This document shows, in pieces, positions 22,553 through 33,024 of a DNA stretch of 59,290 bases; the stretch's first letter is position 1; the number at the start of each line of letters is the position of its first letter. Origin of the DNA: Rhizaria sp. SCN 62-66. Taxonomy: Eukaryota. The notes below the pieces were generated by a model. It was not told the DNA's origin. It was given only the letters and a program-made list of their open reading frames with translations, and did no database searches. Location of the stretch: positions 1 to 59,290 of the forward strand of contig MEDY01000162.1 of the NCBI GenBank assembly GCA_001724265.1, given 5' to 3'. The translations under genes and the position numbers were made by a program.

Positions 22553-23137
22553 GCTGTCCGCGAAGAGTTCGGGAGAAAGAAAATGCATGGGATCATGTGT
22601 GAGACAATACAACTTATGATTCAAATGTGATTATAGAGTTCATCCATAAATATGCGTGTTCCCTGGCCTATGTCGCTGCCAAAGAAGTTATTATGGAGGA
22701 AAAGAGCTTTGAAACAACAAGGAAATTCGATCACGCATCTCGTCTGGGAAGCGCCACAATCTAATGTCTTGTTGTGGTTGTAGACATCGCACATAGACAG
22801 AGTGCAAATAATATGAGAACAGGTGCAGTGCCAATGAAATTCATTATGTCGCCCATATCTTGGCGTTATCTGTTGTCCGGTATCTGAAGGGAGGAAATCC
22901 ATAGCTGCAGTTTTTGTCACCACGAATCGGTAGAAAATACGTCTTCCTGAGCGTAGCTCATCACGGTTAGATTGAAGGAAGACCTAAACCAGAATTAGTG
23001 TAAAATGTATTTCAATATAACATATAATAGCCAAAAAACACGATCTACTATTAAAAAACTGCGATATTACCATATTTAAATGCATCTTCACCTCAACTAT
23101 GAGGCCTGCAGCATGCGGGCGTTTACAGGTCGTGTAC

Positions 23138-26100
23138 TTACTGTTGTAGCGCGTATTTAGCCTGCAGTATGCGGAGCGCAAGCACAGCAACCTGGTCCTG
23201 GCACAGCGCACTGACTCCGCGCTGCCCCGCGAACGCCTCGGGCGTCAGCAGCAGCAGCGGCGCGGTCGCCACCGCCCGCGTCTCGCACTGCAGCGCGGCC
23301 GCGGCCGGGGGGGCGCAGGGCTCGACTTCGGCCCAGTAGACGCGCTTCAGGTGGGTGCCGCGAGGGCCACCGCGCACCCCGACACCGAACGAACCACCGC
23401 CGCGAGTGTTGCTCTGACTGCAAAGAGTGTTATCTGTGCTGTTGTTGTTGTTGTTGTTGTTGTTGGCGGTGCTGCTTCTGGGGACGGAGTTGTCGTGTGT
23501 TTCGGTGATGAAGTACTCAAACAGCGCGCCCATACGCAGCTGTGTGTTCGCAGCTGTCCGTTGCGACTCAGCTTCACCGCTTTGTGACTGCGCGACATCT
23601 GTTGCTGTTGTTGGTGCTTCGTCAGTGACGACGCGCCAGCCGGGGCCGGCCTCCTCGGCGAGCTCCCGCAGCACAGCGGCCGTTTCGCCCTCACCAGGGT
23701 CCACTTTGCCGCCCGGAAACTCCCACCCTCGACGGGTGTGCGCCACAAACAGCAGCTGGGGCGGACCGGGGGGGGAGTCAAAGTTAAGCCGCCGCTCCGA
23801 GTGGGGGAGAGATCGTGTGACGGCGAGGATGAGAACAGCGTCAGCAGGCACTGCGATGTAATCACTACTGTCACTAACATTGTGCGCACTCTGTTCTGTT
23901 GCCGTTGCCGTTGCCGCTGTTGATGTTGCAGTTGCTGTTGCTGTCGGTACTGATGGGAAAGAGACGATGACGGTCTGGCCAGGCAAACCACCGGGGAAGG
24001 TGACTGTGGGCGTAGAAACAGCGCTCGACACAGGGGCGGCGAGATCATGCGCGCGCTCGAGCTGCCGTTGTTGGAGAGCGGCCCAAAGATAGTCAGTCGG
24101 GAACAAAGCAGAGCCGTCCCCCTTACCCGCCGTGGGGTACTTAGACGCGCGCCCCCTAGATTCGCCACCAAGCATGCGTGCAAAGGGCCCCCGCGGCGAG
24201 ACCACCCAGGGCGCCGGCAACACAGCATTCGCCCCCCCAGGCGCACTCTCACTCTCACTCCCAGTCCCACTCCCACTCCCAGTCGCAATCGCCGTGGCGG
24301 TGGCGGCGGCGGCGGCGGCGGCGGCGACGGCGTCTGCGAGCGTGGTGGCGTGTTGAGAGGGGGCGTTTTCCCCTCGCGGCATCACGCTAGCCGCAAGCGC
24401 ATCAGTCATATCAGACTGAGCGCCAAACTGAGAACCTGCAGCAGCAACAGCAGCAGCAGTATTGGTTATATTGGCGACCGCAGCAGCAGACTGAGTGGCG
24501 ACGGCGGCGGCCTTGGTGGCGACGGCGCGCGCGCTGTCCGCAGCCTGCGCCGGCGGCAGCAGCGTCTCGTCGTGCGGCACGAACCGCGGCCTGTCGGTGC
24601 ACAGCACTGCGCCCCACCGCGCGCCGTGGGCATTGGCGTGGCCGTGGGCCGCGAGCCCCCAGTGGCAGGTGCAGCCCGCGGTGGAGCGCGCAGCTACCGC
24701 CGACGCAGACTGTGTTGCTGCGGCCAAGACCGACTGTGTCGCTGTGTTAGACTGCGCTGAGATAGACACGGGGAGCGCTGTGAGGCCGCAGCAGCAGACG
24801 CAGGGCGACAGCGCCATCTCACTCTCGCTCATCACGCCGTGCACGTGCCAGGGAATCTGCCGCCGGGGTGCAATGCACAGGCGGTATAGCCCTGCGGGCA
24901 CGTATGTCTCCGGTGACTGCTGAAACGGCAGCGGCGACGACTGCTGCTGCCGCGGCTCAAAGTCAGTAGGGGGATGGGTTTGGGGATGCGGCTTGACTTC
25001 GGTGTCCTCCTGCTCGAAGATGATGTCGACACCGCCCCAGCCGTTGCGTTCGCGGTGTAAGGGGCCCTTGGGACTCAGGGTAACAGTCGCAATTGCAGTC
25101 GCGGGCGCAGGCGCAGTGTTGTTATGGTTGATGTTAACAAGCGAGAGAGTAACCGAGACTTCCACACCGTCGGCACCACTTAACCCGTCTGAGTGCCCAC
25201 TTACCCCGTCTAAGGGGCTCGCGTTGGCGTGCAACAGCGCCGCGAGCGCGTTCGCGGCCTCAGTCAGCCCGCCCCGCCAGCGCTGGGGCGCGGCCAAGGC
25301 GAACCACGCCTGGTCCAGCAGACTGGCGAGCGAGAGGTGCGCTGATAACAAGGGGGGGGACACGGTGGACGCCGGAGACGGTGTCGGCGCTGTGGACGCA
25401 GAGAGCGGCTGAGGCTGCAACTCTAGCTGTGGCTGCGGCGCGGAGAGGGAAGCGGGCTTGGGGGTCACAGTGTTGTTTGAGTTGGCGACAGTGCTTGCCG
25501 TGGTGTCATCGGTGTCGTCATTGATGTGGGTGTGGGTGACTGTGAGCATGCGAAGCAGTGAAAGCGAGTCTTCGGCGCTACTATGCGCATCTGACGTAGC
25601 TTTGCCACTGGCCGCTGTCGGATTGACGCTGCTGACGTTATCAGCGCTATCCATGCCCAGAGTGGCCATAGCGCTGGCATGCGCTGCAGCCGCGTGAGTG
25701 TAAGTGCCGTCAATGTAAGTACCCACGGGCCCTGTGTAAGTCGGTCCTTTGTAGAGATACGTATCCGCCGCCACGGCCGCGGTGTAGTTGTCGCTGTCCG
25801 CCTGAACAACAACACCGCCAGCCCAAGTGTTTGCGACTGTGGGCAGCGAGAGCGGCGTGCTCTGCAGCGGCGTGAGAGCGGGGAAAGATAGCGTGAACGA
25901 CAGCGAAAGCGTGGGCGTCGTAGCGGCGTTGGTGGCGCTTGCGAGGTGCAGCAGAGAACGTGGCAGCGGAAACGGGACGTTGTTGACTGCGAACGCCACC
26001 TTGGAGGGCTTTGCTGTAGCCGCGGTAGCAGCGGCAGCGAGAGATGCCGCAGCTGCAGACGTTGAGAGGGCGCTCATTGCAGTGCGGTGGAGAGTGCAGA

Positions 26101-26221
26101 TCGCGTTGCGTAAGGCGCGGGGCGTGCGGTGATGCGTGTGCGGGGCCGAGAGCAGAGCTCTGGGGCGGCGGAGAGAAGGGCGGACGGCGAGTGAGGAGGC
26201 AGCCAGTCGATGCAGGAGCAT
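23138..26221 (-). CDS. Nudix hydrolase (YtkD-like) with long low-complexity N-terminal region
   Basis: Nudix box GWEFPGGKVDPGEGETAAVLRELAEEAG; HTRRGWEFPGGK and KRVYWAEV. Arg/Ser/Leu-rich N-terminus resembles a mitochondrial presequence. Stop TAA. Confidence 0.8.
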   Translation of the reverse strand: MLLHRLAASSLAVRPSLRRPRALLSAPHTHHRTPRALRNAICTLHRTAMSALSTSAAAASLAAAATAATAKPSKVAFAVNNVPFPLPRSLLHLASATNAATTPTLSLSFTLSFPALTPLQSTPLSLPTVANTWAGGVVVQADSDNYTAAVAADTYLYKGPTYTGPVGTYIDGTYTHAAAAHASAMATLGMDSADNVSSVNPTAASGKATSDAHSSAEDSLSLLRMLTVTHTHINDDTDDTTASTVANSNNTVTPKPASLSAPQPQLELQPQPLSASTAPTPSPASTVSPPLLSAHLSLASLLDQAWFALAAPQRWRGGLTEAANALAALLHANASPLDGVSGHSDGLSGADGVEVSVTLSLVNINHNNTAPAPATAIATVTLSPKGPLHRERNGWGGVDIIFEQEDTEVKPHPQTHPPTDFEPRQQQSSPLPFQQSPETYVPAGLYRLCIAPRRQIPWHVHGVMSESEMALSPCVCCCGLTALPVSISAQSNTATQSVLAAATQSASAVAARSTAGCTCHWGLAAHGHANAHGARWGAVLCTDRPRFVPHDETLLPPAQAADSARAVATKAAAVATQSAAAVANITNTAAAVAAAGSQFGAQSDMTDALAASVMPRGENAPSQHATTLADAVAAAAAAAATATAIATGSGSGTGSESESAPGGANAVLPAPWVVSPRGPFARMLGGESRGRASKYPTAGKGDGSALFPTDYLWAALQQRQLERAHDLAAPVSSAVSTPTVTFPGGLPGQTVIVSFPSVPTATATATSTAATATATEQSAHNVSDSSDYIAVPADAVLILAVTRSLPHSERRLNFDSPPGPPQLLFVAHTRRGWEFPGGKVDPGEGETAAVLRELAEEAGPGWRVVTDEAPTTATDVAQSQSGEAESQRTAANTQLRMGALFEYFITETHDNSVPRSSTANNNNNNNNSTDNTLCSQSNTRGGGSFGVGVRGGPRGTHLKRVYWAEVEPCAPPAAAALQCETRAVATAPLLLLTPEAFAGQRGVSALCQDQVAVLALRILQAKYALQQ

Positions 26222-26691
26222 AGACAAACCCTCACCGGGGGGGATATAAGAGCTACGAAGAGAAATGAATAAACAAACGAAAAATAATAATGTCTTTTGA
26301 GTTGGCAGGTGTGTCGTAGCCTCCTATACAGTTTGTATACCAGAAGATTGCGACGGATATTGGTGAAGACGTGGTCGGATCCTCGTCGGTCGAAGCAGAG
26401 GCCACAGTGCGTAGGACGAAAATAGTAAACCAAGACCAAGATAAACCTTGGAGAAGACATAATTTTGTATCTTAGCTTATCCTGTAACATTGACTATTTA
26501 TTCAAAATTTATTCACTGTTGACAGAGGATTTGTCGTGATAAACTCGCTCAAAGTCACGCTGTTAGCGAAACTCGTTTGTGGTAACATCGAGATATCTTC
26601 TGACAAACCACCGTTTTCTCTCTATACCCCTCTTCTCTCCGGCTCAGCGTCCACTTTAACGTCTGTGCCCGTGCGTACTCCCACCGGAACC

Positions 26692-29600
26692 ATGGCCAGC
26701 ACCCCGTCGCAGCGCGACCCCATCGTGCTTCTATCGGCTTTATCTTCCCCGCGCGCCGCCACCCGCGACGCCGCCCTCGCCTCCCTCGAGCGCCTGCTGG
26801 CCGACTGCGCCGCCGCGCCCGCGCTGCCCGCCGTTGTTGCCGGCTCCGCGCTGCTATCCCCCGCCCTGGCGGCCGCGCTGCGCCCTCTCTGCTTTTCGCC
26901 CTCACTCCCCACCGCGCTCGCCGCGGCCCGCTGCCTCGCGCTGCTGGCCCGCACCGCCCTCCGCCACGGCTGCTCCCCCAAGCCCCGCTCCCACTCCAGC
27001 GCTAGTGCCAATACGGGTGTGCGGGCGAGTCCTGCTGAGGAGACTGCGAAGGCCGTGCGCAAGCGTCTGCGCGCGCTGGCGCTGGTCCTGCTCCCGTCTC
27101 TGGCCATCCTGGCATGCGACCCAGCGCTGGGCCCCCGCTGTGCCGCTCCTGCCACAACCGCGGCCACCGCAGCAGCCGCCGCTGCAGCCGCTGGCAGCGA
27201 CGCTACAGACGCGACGACTGAGAGCGCTGTTGCTACTGATACGACTGCGCCAGCGAACGGCAAGGGCGCTGACAGCAGCGAAGCGAAGTCCCCCGAGGGC
27301 GACGACTCTTCTCACGACGACGCCGACAACAACAACAACAACACTGAGGCTAACGCTGACGGTAACGCTGCTGCTGCTGCTGTTGTTGTTGTTGCGCCTG
27401 TCGACGACGGCGCTGCCCCGTCATCGCTGGGCACCGCTGTCGTGTCTGAGCCTTTGCTTGAGCTCCTCGTCGCCGCCGCCGCGGGCGACGCCGCCGGCTT
27501 CGCCGTGCGCTGTGACGCCACGGCGCTCGGGTTTGGGCTCTACTGTCTGCGGGAGCCGACTCAGGCCGCCGCGGAGGCCGCAGCGGCGAGGACCAAGGCT
27601 CAGGCGCGGGCAGCCAAGACCGCTGAAGCGGCGGCGGCCGCTGCGAGCGCGAGTGTCAGTCTGATCGCCGCCGGAGGCAACAACGACAATGAGGAGGAGG
27701 ATGAGAGTAATACTAACAACAATAATAATGATGATGAGGCTGCAAGCGGTGGCTACCGCAAGAAAACCGGCCTCGATGCCATCACCGACAACAGCAAGGC
27801 AAAGAGCGGCGCTCAGAGCGCCACCGGTGCGGGTCTCGGTCAAAGCACCCCCTTAGACCTCGACGAGGCCCCCTGGATTGCCCTCCCGCCGCTCGTGTCA
27901 CTGGAGGCGGCGCTGACGCACGTGCGCGCTCTGTTGCGCGGCGGCGTTTACCCTCTGAAGCACCACAACAACGCGCCCTACAGGGACTGGACCTTCACCG
28001 CGACGACTGCGACTCCGGCGACTGGGGAGGAGGCTGTGGTGGCCGCGCCCGGTGTGCTGCCGCTGCTGTCTTCGGTCCTGCCTCTGGCGGCCGCCGTGCC
28101 GGGCGCCCGCCGCTGCGCCGGGCTGGCCACGGCCTTGACGGCCTATGCGGCGGCCGAGCTGTGGCCGCTTTGCGACGGCAGCGACCCGCGGGCGCGCGCC
28201 GCGGCGCTTTCGCTCCTCGCACCGCCTAACGACTACAACGATAAGCAGATGCAGCAACAGGGGACGGCGTTTGCGGCGGCGGTGAGGGGCTGGCTCAGCT
28301 CTCCCGGCGGCACAATCACGAGCAGTGCAGTCACTGACGCGGTCGACACTGATACTGCTGCTGACACAGCCGATCCTGCTGCGGATGCTGCGGTTGTCAT
28401 GATGAGTCCGCTGCAGACGCTGATGCAGATGGCTAAGGACGACATCATTGCGAACTCTATCGACGCCAACGCCGACAAAGCCGCTGCCACCGCCGGCGCC
28501 AATGTGACGGTGGGCGGCAAGGCGGGGCGCGGCTTAACTTTCGCGACCGCTGCGCTGAACCTGGTGGCGTGTGTTATGCCCCATGCGGCCGAGGCCGTCC
28601 AGGCTGCTGCATGGGACTCCCTCCTGCCGCCGCTCACGGTCACTCAGTCCTCTGCTCTCGCCGCCCACGCCGCCGCTAACCCTAATACCAGCTCTAATAC
28701 CAGTTTGAGTGCGAGTGGGGGTTCTAAGACTGGGACTGTGAGTCGCAGTGACGTGAGGGCGCGTGTCCGTGCCGCTCTCCGCAATAGCAACAACAGCAGC
28801 AGTCACGATAACGACGACAAGAACACTCGCGTGGTGAACGCGCAACAGCAGTCGCTGCAGGACGCCGCCGCTCTGCAGTCGTCGGCCGCCGCGGCCCGCA
28901 CCCTGGTCTCCGATGCGCATGCCAACGATGCCAGCGCCGCCGCCGCCGCCGCCGAGGCCGCCGCGGACGCCGCTTTGCTCGCGGATGCGGCGTCGCTCGT
29001 GCCCGTGCCCTTTGGCTCCGCTCCCGCTCCCGCTGTCTCGAACAACAACAACAGTAGCAACAACAATAGCGTGAAGATTAACGCTGCCAACGCGTCGTTG
29101 CCCGCTCTCTTGCTCTCTCTTGTTGAGGCCGCTGCGAACGCTGAGCTTGACTTCGAGCCCTCCGCATTCGGCTCTATGGGCCGGCGCAATACTGATAGCA
29201 GCAGCCATGGCAGTAGTGGCGCAGTGTTGACGGCCGCTGTTCGCGCCTTGTCCCGCGCCACGGTCTCCGCGCGCTGGGCCACCTGTCTCGCCCGCGGCCG
29301 CCTGTCCGCCGCTCTCCTGGAGGCGGGCTTCGGCGGCGCGCTGACCGCGGGCGCGGCGACCGCAGCGGCGGCGGTCGCGGGGCTGGGGTGGGCGGACGCG
29401 GAGCCGACTGCGGCGTTCGCGGAGGGGCTGGTGCTGGGAGGTGTGATGGAGGCGTGCGCGCGCGAGGTGGAGGCCGTGGCGCCCGCTAAGGGGGTACTTA
29501 CACCGGTTGTGCTCCGCAATAACAACGACGACGATGATAACGAGGACGAGGACGAGGACGAGGACAGTGAGGACGATGATCACCAAGACGATGAGGATGA

Positions 29601-30642
29601 GGGTGAGTATGAGATCGAGAGTGATATCGATGTCACTGAAGTCCTCAAGCTCTCCTCATCACCTGCACCATCTGGTGTGGCGAATGTAAGTACCCGCGCT
29701 GCCGCCCGTGTAAGTACCCCGTCGTTCTTCCCGGTCACCCATGTGCCGACTGTCACCCTCACCGCGACCGGCGCCACCGCGACCGCCGCCACTATCAACG
29801 CCCCCAACACCATCGCCACAAGTGTAAGTACCAGTGTAAGTGCCGGTGTAAGCGCGAGCGCGGGTAAGGGTGCGAAGGGGAAGGGCGTGAAGCTGCCGGT
29901 GCCGCCGCCGTCCCTGGCCCACGCGCTCCACGCGCTGGTTGCGGTGGCGGACGTGTTGCACCACTGCGCCGCGACGGGGATCTACGTCAATGCGAGCTAC
30001 ACCAGCAGCAGCGTCAACAACAACGGCGACCTCCTCGACGGCGCCGACGTTACCGGCACCGGCGGCGAGGACGCCACTGCTGCTGCTGCTGTTGCTGCTG
30101 ATGCCGCGCCCAGCCTTGCTGGCGACGGCGACAGTGCAGGCGCAGGCGCAGACGCGGTGGCAGTGCGCTACCGCGCCTCGCTCCACTCCCAGCGCCACGC
30201 TGCGAGTGCGAGCGTGAGGCGGCTGCCTGCCGCAGCGCGCGCGCTGCGGGCCGTGCTTGCGGTCGCCCCGCGCCTGCGCCGGCAGCCCAGCTTCGAGGCC
30301 CTGCTCGTGGCCGCGGTGTGTGGGCTCTGCGCGCTGCTTGCGGACGCGCCCTCCGCCGCCGCGCACGCTCTCTTCCACTCGACCACCACCACCGCTGCCT
30401 CTGTTTCTGCGTCTATGAGTGACTCCAAGGCTGCGTCGGCGGCGAAGGCCGCTGCGCCGCCGGTGAAGACCGTGCCTGCGGAGGGATGGGCGCTTTCGCT
30501 GGCGGACGCGAGCGCGGGCGCAAGGGCTGAGATGGCGCGAGCGCTGCTCACGGTCATGCGGCGGGGCCGCGCCGGGGAGGCCGAGACGGCGGCCGTGGAG
30601 GCGCTGCTGGAGGAAGCGCAGGAGGAGCTCGCCGACGAGTGA
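26692..30642 (+). CDS. Large Ala-rich hypothetical protein, possibly HEAT/ARM-like helical
   Basis: Single open frame of about 1316 aa from MASTPSQRDP; amphipathic Leu/Ala helices interleaved with poly-N/D/A tracts. Stop TGA. Confidence 0.65.
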   Translation: MASTPSQRDPIVLLSALSSPRAATRDAALASLERLLADCAAAPALPAVVAGSALLSPALAAALRPLCFSPSLPTALAAARCLALLARTALRHGCSPKPRSHSSASANTGVRASPAEETAKAVRKRLRALALVLLPSLAILACDPALGPRCAAPATTAATAAAAAAAAGSDATDATTESAVATDTTAPANGKGADSSEAKSPEGDDSSHDDADNNNNNTEANADGNAAAAAVVVVAPVDDGAAPSSLGTAVVSEPLLELLVAAAAGDAAGFAVRCDATALGFGLYCLREPTQAAAEAAAARTKAQARAAKTAEAAAAAASASVSLIAAGGNNDNEEEDESNTNNNNNDDEAASGGYRKKTGLDAITDNSKAKSGAQSATGAGLGQSTPLDLDEAPWIALPPLVSLEAALTHVRALLRGGVYPLKHHNNAPYRDWTFTATTATPATGEEAVVAAPGVLPLLSSVLPLAAAVPGARRCAGLATALTAYAAAELWPLCDGSDPRARAAALSLLAPPNDYNDKQMQQQGTAFAAAVRGWLSSPGGTITSSAVTDAVDTDTAADTADPAADAAVVMMSPLQTLMQMAKDDIIANSIDANADKAAATAGANVTVGGKAGRGLTFATAALNLVACVMPHAAEAVQAAAWDSLLPPLTVTQSSALAAHAAANPNTSSNTSLSASGGSKTGTVSRSDVRARVRAALRNSNNSSSHDNDDKNTRVVNAQQQSLQDAAALQSSAAAARTLVSDAHANDASAAAAAAEAAADAALLADAASLVPVPFGSAPAPAVSNNNNSSNNNSVKINAANASLPALLLSLVEAAANAELDFEPSAFGSMGRRNTDSSSHGSSGAVLTAAVRALSRATVSARWATCLARGRLSAALLEAGFGGALTAGAATAAAAVAGLGWADAEPTAAFAEGLVLGGVMEACAREVEAVAPAKGVLTPVVLRNNNDDDDNEDEDEDEDSEDDDHQDDEDEGEYEIESDIDVTEVLKLSSSPAPSGVANVSTRAAARVSTPSFFPVTHVPTVTLTATGATATAATINAPNTIATSVSTSVSAGVSASAGKGAKGKGVKLPVPPPSLAHALHALVAVADVLHHCAATGIYVNASYTSSSVNNNGDLLDGADVTGTGGEDATAAAAVAADAAPSLAGDGDSAGAGADAVAVRYRASLHSQRHAASASVRRLPAAARALRAVLAVAPRLRRQPSFEALLVAAVCGLCALLADAPSAAAHALFHSTTTTAASVSASMSDSKAASAAKAAAPPVKTVPAEGWALSLADASAGARAEMARALLTVMRRGRAGEAETAAVEALLEEAQEELADE

Positions 30643-30935
30643 GGGGCGATGAGGCGAGAGAACAACTTGCAAAACAAATTGGCTAGTGAACAACTTGAAC
30701 GGTTTGAAAACAGCATACATTAACCGACCATGGTTAGCGCGTTTATCTTGGTGATATAACGAATATTAGTAACTTAGGATAATCCGAATAGTAATAAACA
30801 GTGTTTATTTTAGTCTTTTGTCATACGTTACACATTCAAGTGTTTTAACCTGTTGCAGTTCGGTTCGCGCTGCTTTGTTGTGGTGATTTCTTTAGTGGCA
30901 CACGTGCTTGGTCCACCCGAGCACTCTTGTCACCA

Positions 30936-30960
30936 ACACACACACACACACAAACACACA
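30936..30960. repeat. (CA)n microsatellite, interrupted
   Basis: acacacacacacacacaaacacaca between convergent genes. Confidence 0.8.
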
Positions 30961-31287
30961 TCTTTTATATCTCTCTACTTCATCATCTTTCTTCTTTCAT
31001 TCATTCACGTTGTCTTCATCATGTTCAGACTCAAACCCGGTCAGCAGTACCATTGCAACTAGCACTGCGTTCAGAGAGTGAGAACTGCAACATCGACTAC
31101 ATCTTACCATGGAAAATACTAGGCCTGACATACATATTGCGTGCATTATTGCACAATCGTAAATACACTTCACTACTTCACAGACCTCATCTCTCTAAAT
31201 TACTCCACTCGCACAACACTCTCCGCTCTCTTACGCCGGGATTGCTGCTCAATGACTTCACCAGGCGGCTAAACTTCCGCTTGTACT

Positions 31288-32993
31288 TCAGTCATCGAGC
31301 GAGATCATAGCCGCGCGCGGAGCCCGCAGCCGCGACATCGGCTGCGGCTTGACGGCTCCGCCCGCAGTCGCAGTGGCAGCGGCGCTGGCGTTGCGGGGCG
31401 CATTGTTCTCATCGCTCGCTGTGACAGTAGCAGAAACAGCGGCCGTGGAAACAGTAGCAGCAGCAGCGGTGGCGGTGGCGGCACTGCGCGCATTGCGCTC
31501 GGCGGCGGCCGCGGCGGCCGCAGCGGCGGTGCCTGCGGGGCGGGCCGGCATGAAGCGCGGGGCAACGACCCAAGTGCCGGCGCCGACGACGGCGGCCGAG
31601 CTGCCTGAGCTCGCACTCGCGGCGCTGGCGCTGGCGCTAGCGCTGGGCTTGGAGGGCGTCTTCGGCATAGCGGCCTTTGTACTCGCGTTGTTGCTGTTGC
31701 TGTTGCTGTTGTTGTTGCTGTTGTTGTTCGCGTCGTGAGTGTAAGACGGCTTGGGAAGAGCACTGGGTTTGGCGGCGCGCGCGGGAGTGCCCTTACTGGG
31801 GGTAGCGAGGCCCTTAGACGGCGCGGAGCCACCCTTAGACTTCGCAGCGTCATCGCCCTGCTTATCCCTATGGTTGTTGCTGGCGGCGACAGCGGCGGCG
31901 GCGGCGGAGGCGGCGGCGGCGGCGATGGCGGCGGCCTTCGCCTTGGCAGCGACGGCGCGCGCGCGAGCCTTGGCGCGTGCCTCCGCAGTCGCTGCGGCAG
32001 CCGCGTTCGCGTGAACAGCGGTAGCAGGCGCAGCAGCAGCAGCAGTTGCAGCGGTTGCAGCAGCGGCGGCGGGGCGCGGAACGCGGGGACGCGACTGCTT
32101 GACGGCAACTGTGGGAGCAGGAGTGGTAGCAGCAGCGGCGGCGGCGGCAGCGGCAGCGGCAGGACGGGGGATGGGTGCGGTACGGGCCATCGGCTTAAAC
32201 ACCTTCGCCTTCACAGCATCGGCACCCTTAGACGCGTCCTCGGAGCCCTTGGACTTGGCCGCCCCCTTAGACATCGCCGCAGCGACCCACTTAGACTTGG
32301 TAACCGTGGAGCGCACAGGTGTCGCTGCCCGAGCAGCACCAGCAGCGGCAGTCGCAGGCATGGCATTAGCGCTGGACGTTGCGGCCGCGGTGACAGGACG
32401 AGAGCGGAATCGCGACGGCGTGCCAACCACGTTCGTGGCAGCGGTTGTTGCTGCGGCCTTAGCGGGAGCAGTCGCGGTCGTCGTCGCCTTCGTCTTTGCC
32501 GGGGCGGCGGTCTTAGACCGTGCGCTCTTCACGGGCGCAGTCTGACCCTTGCTTCCCTCAGTCGCAGCCGCCGTGTGGGAGTCAGCGCCCCTCTTCGGCG
32601 CAGCGGCAGCAGCGGCGGCGGCGCCACTGCGGGCGGCGGCGCGGGCGCCCCACTTGGTGCGCACTGCGCTGCTGCCGACGCCGTTGCCGTTGCAGCCGCC
32701 CGCGGCCAGAGGCGACGGAACCGCCGTCGCCGTAGCCACAGTAGTTGTCGTAGTAGTAGCGGCGGTGGTGTTGCTGGAGACGGGGCGGGCGACGCGCGAG
32801 CGCGAGCGTGCCCGCGAGGGCGATGCAGGCGCAGCGGCGGGCTCGGCGGCGGCGGCAGCGGCGGCGGCAGCGGCGGCCTCCGCGGCGGCGGCATCGGCGG
32901 CCTTGGCGGCGAGACGCTGCTGGTGGCGCTCACGCATCTGCTGCTGGTGGATCTTGCGGCGTTGCTCCTTCACAGCCGCGGCCGCGGCCGCGG

Positions 32994-33024
<31 letters not shown>

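Noticed and set aside
22621-22923. 100-aa ORF between the KH and Nudix genes
   Set aside because: AT-rich, lacks local codon bias and motifs; probably intergenic.
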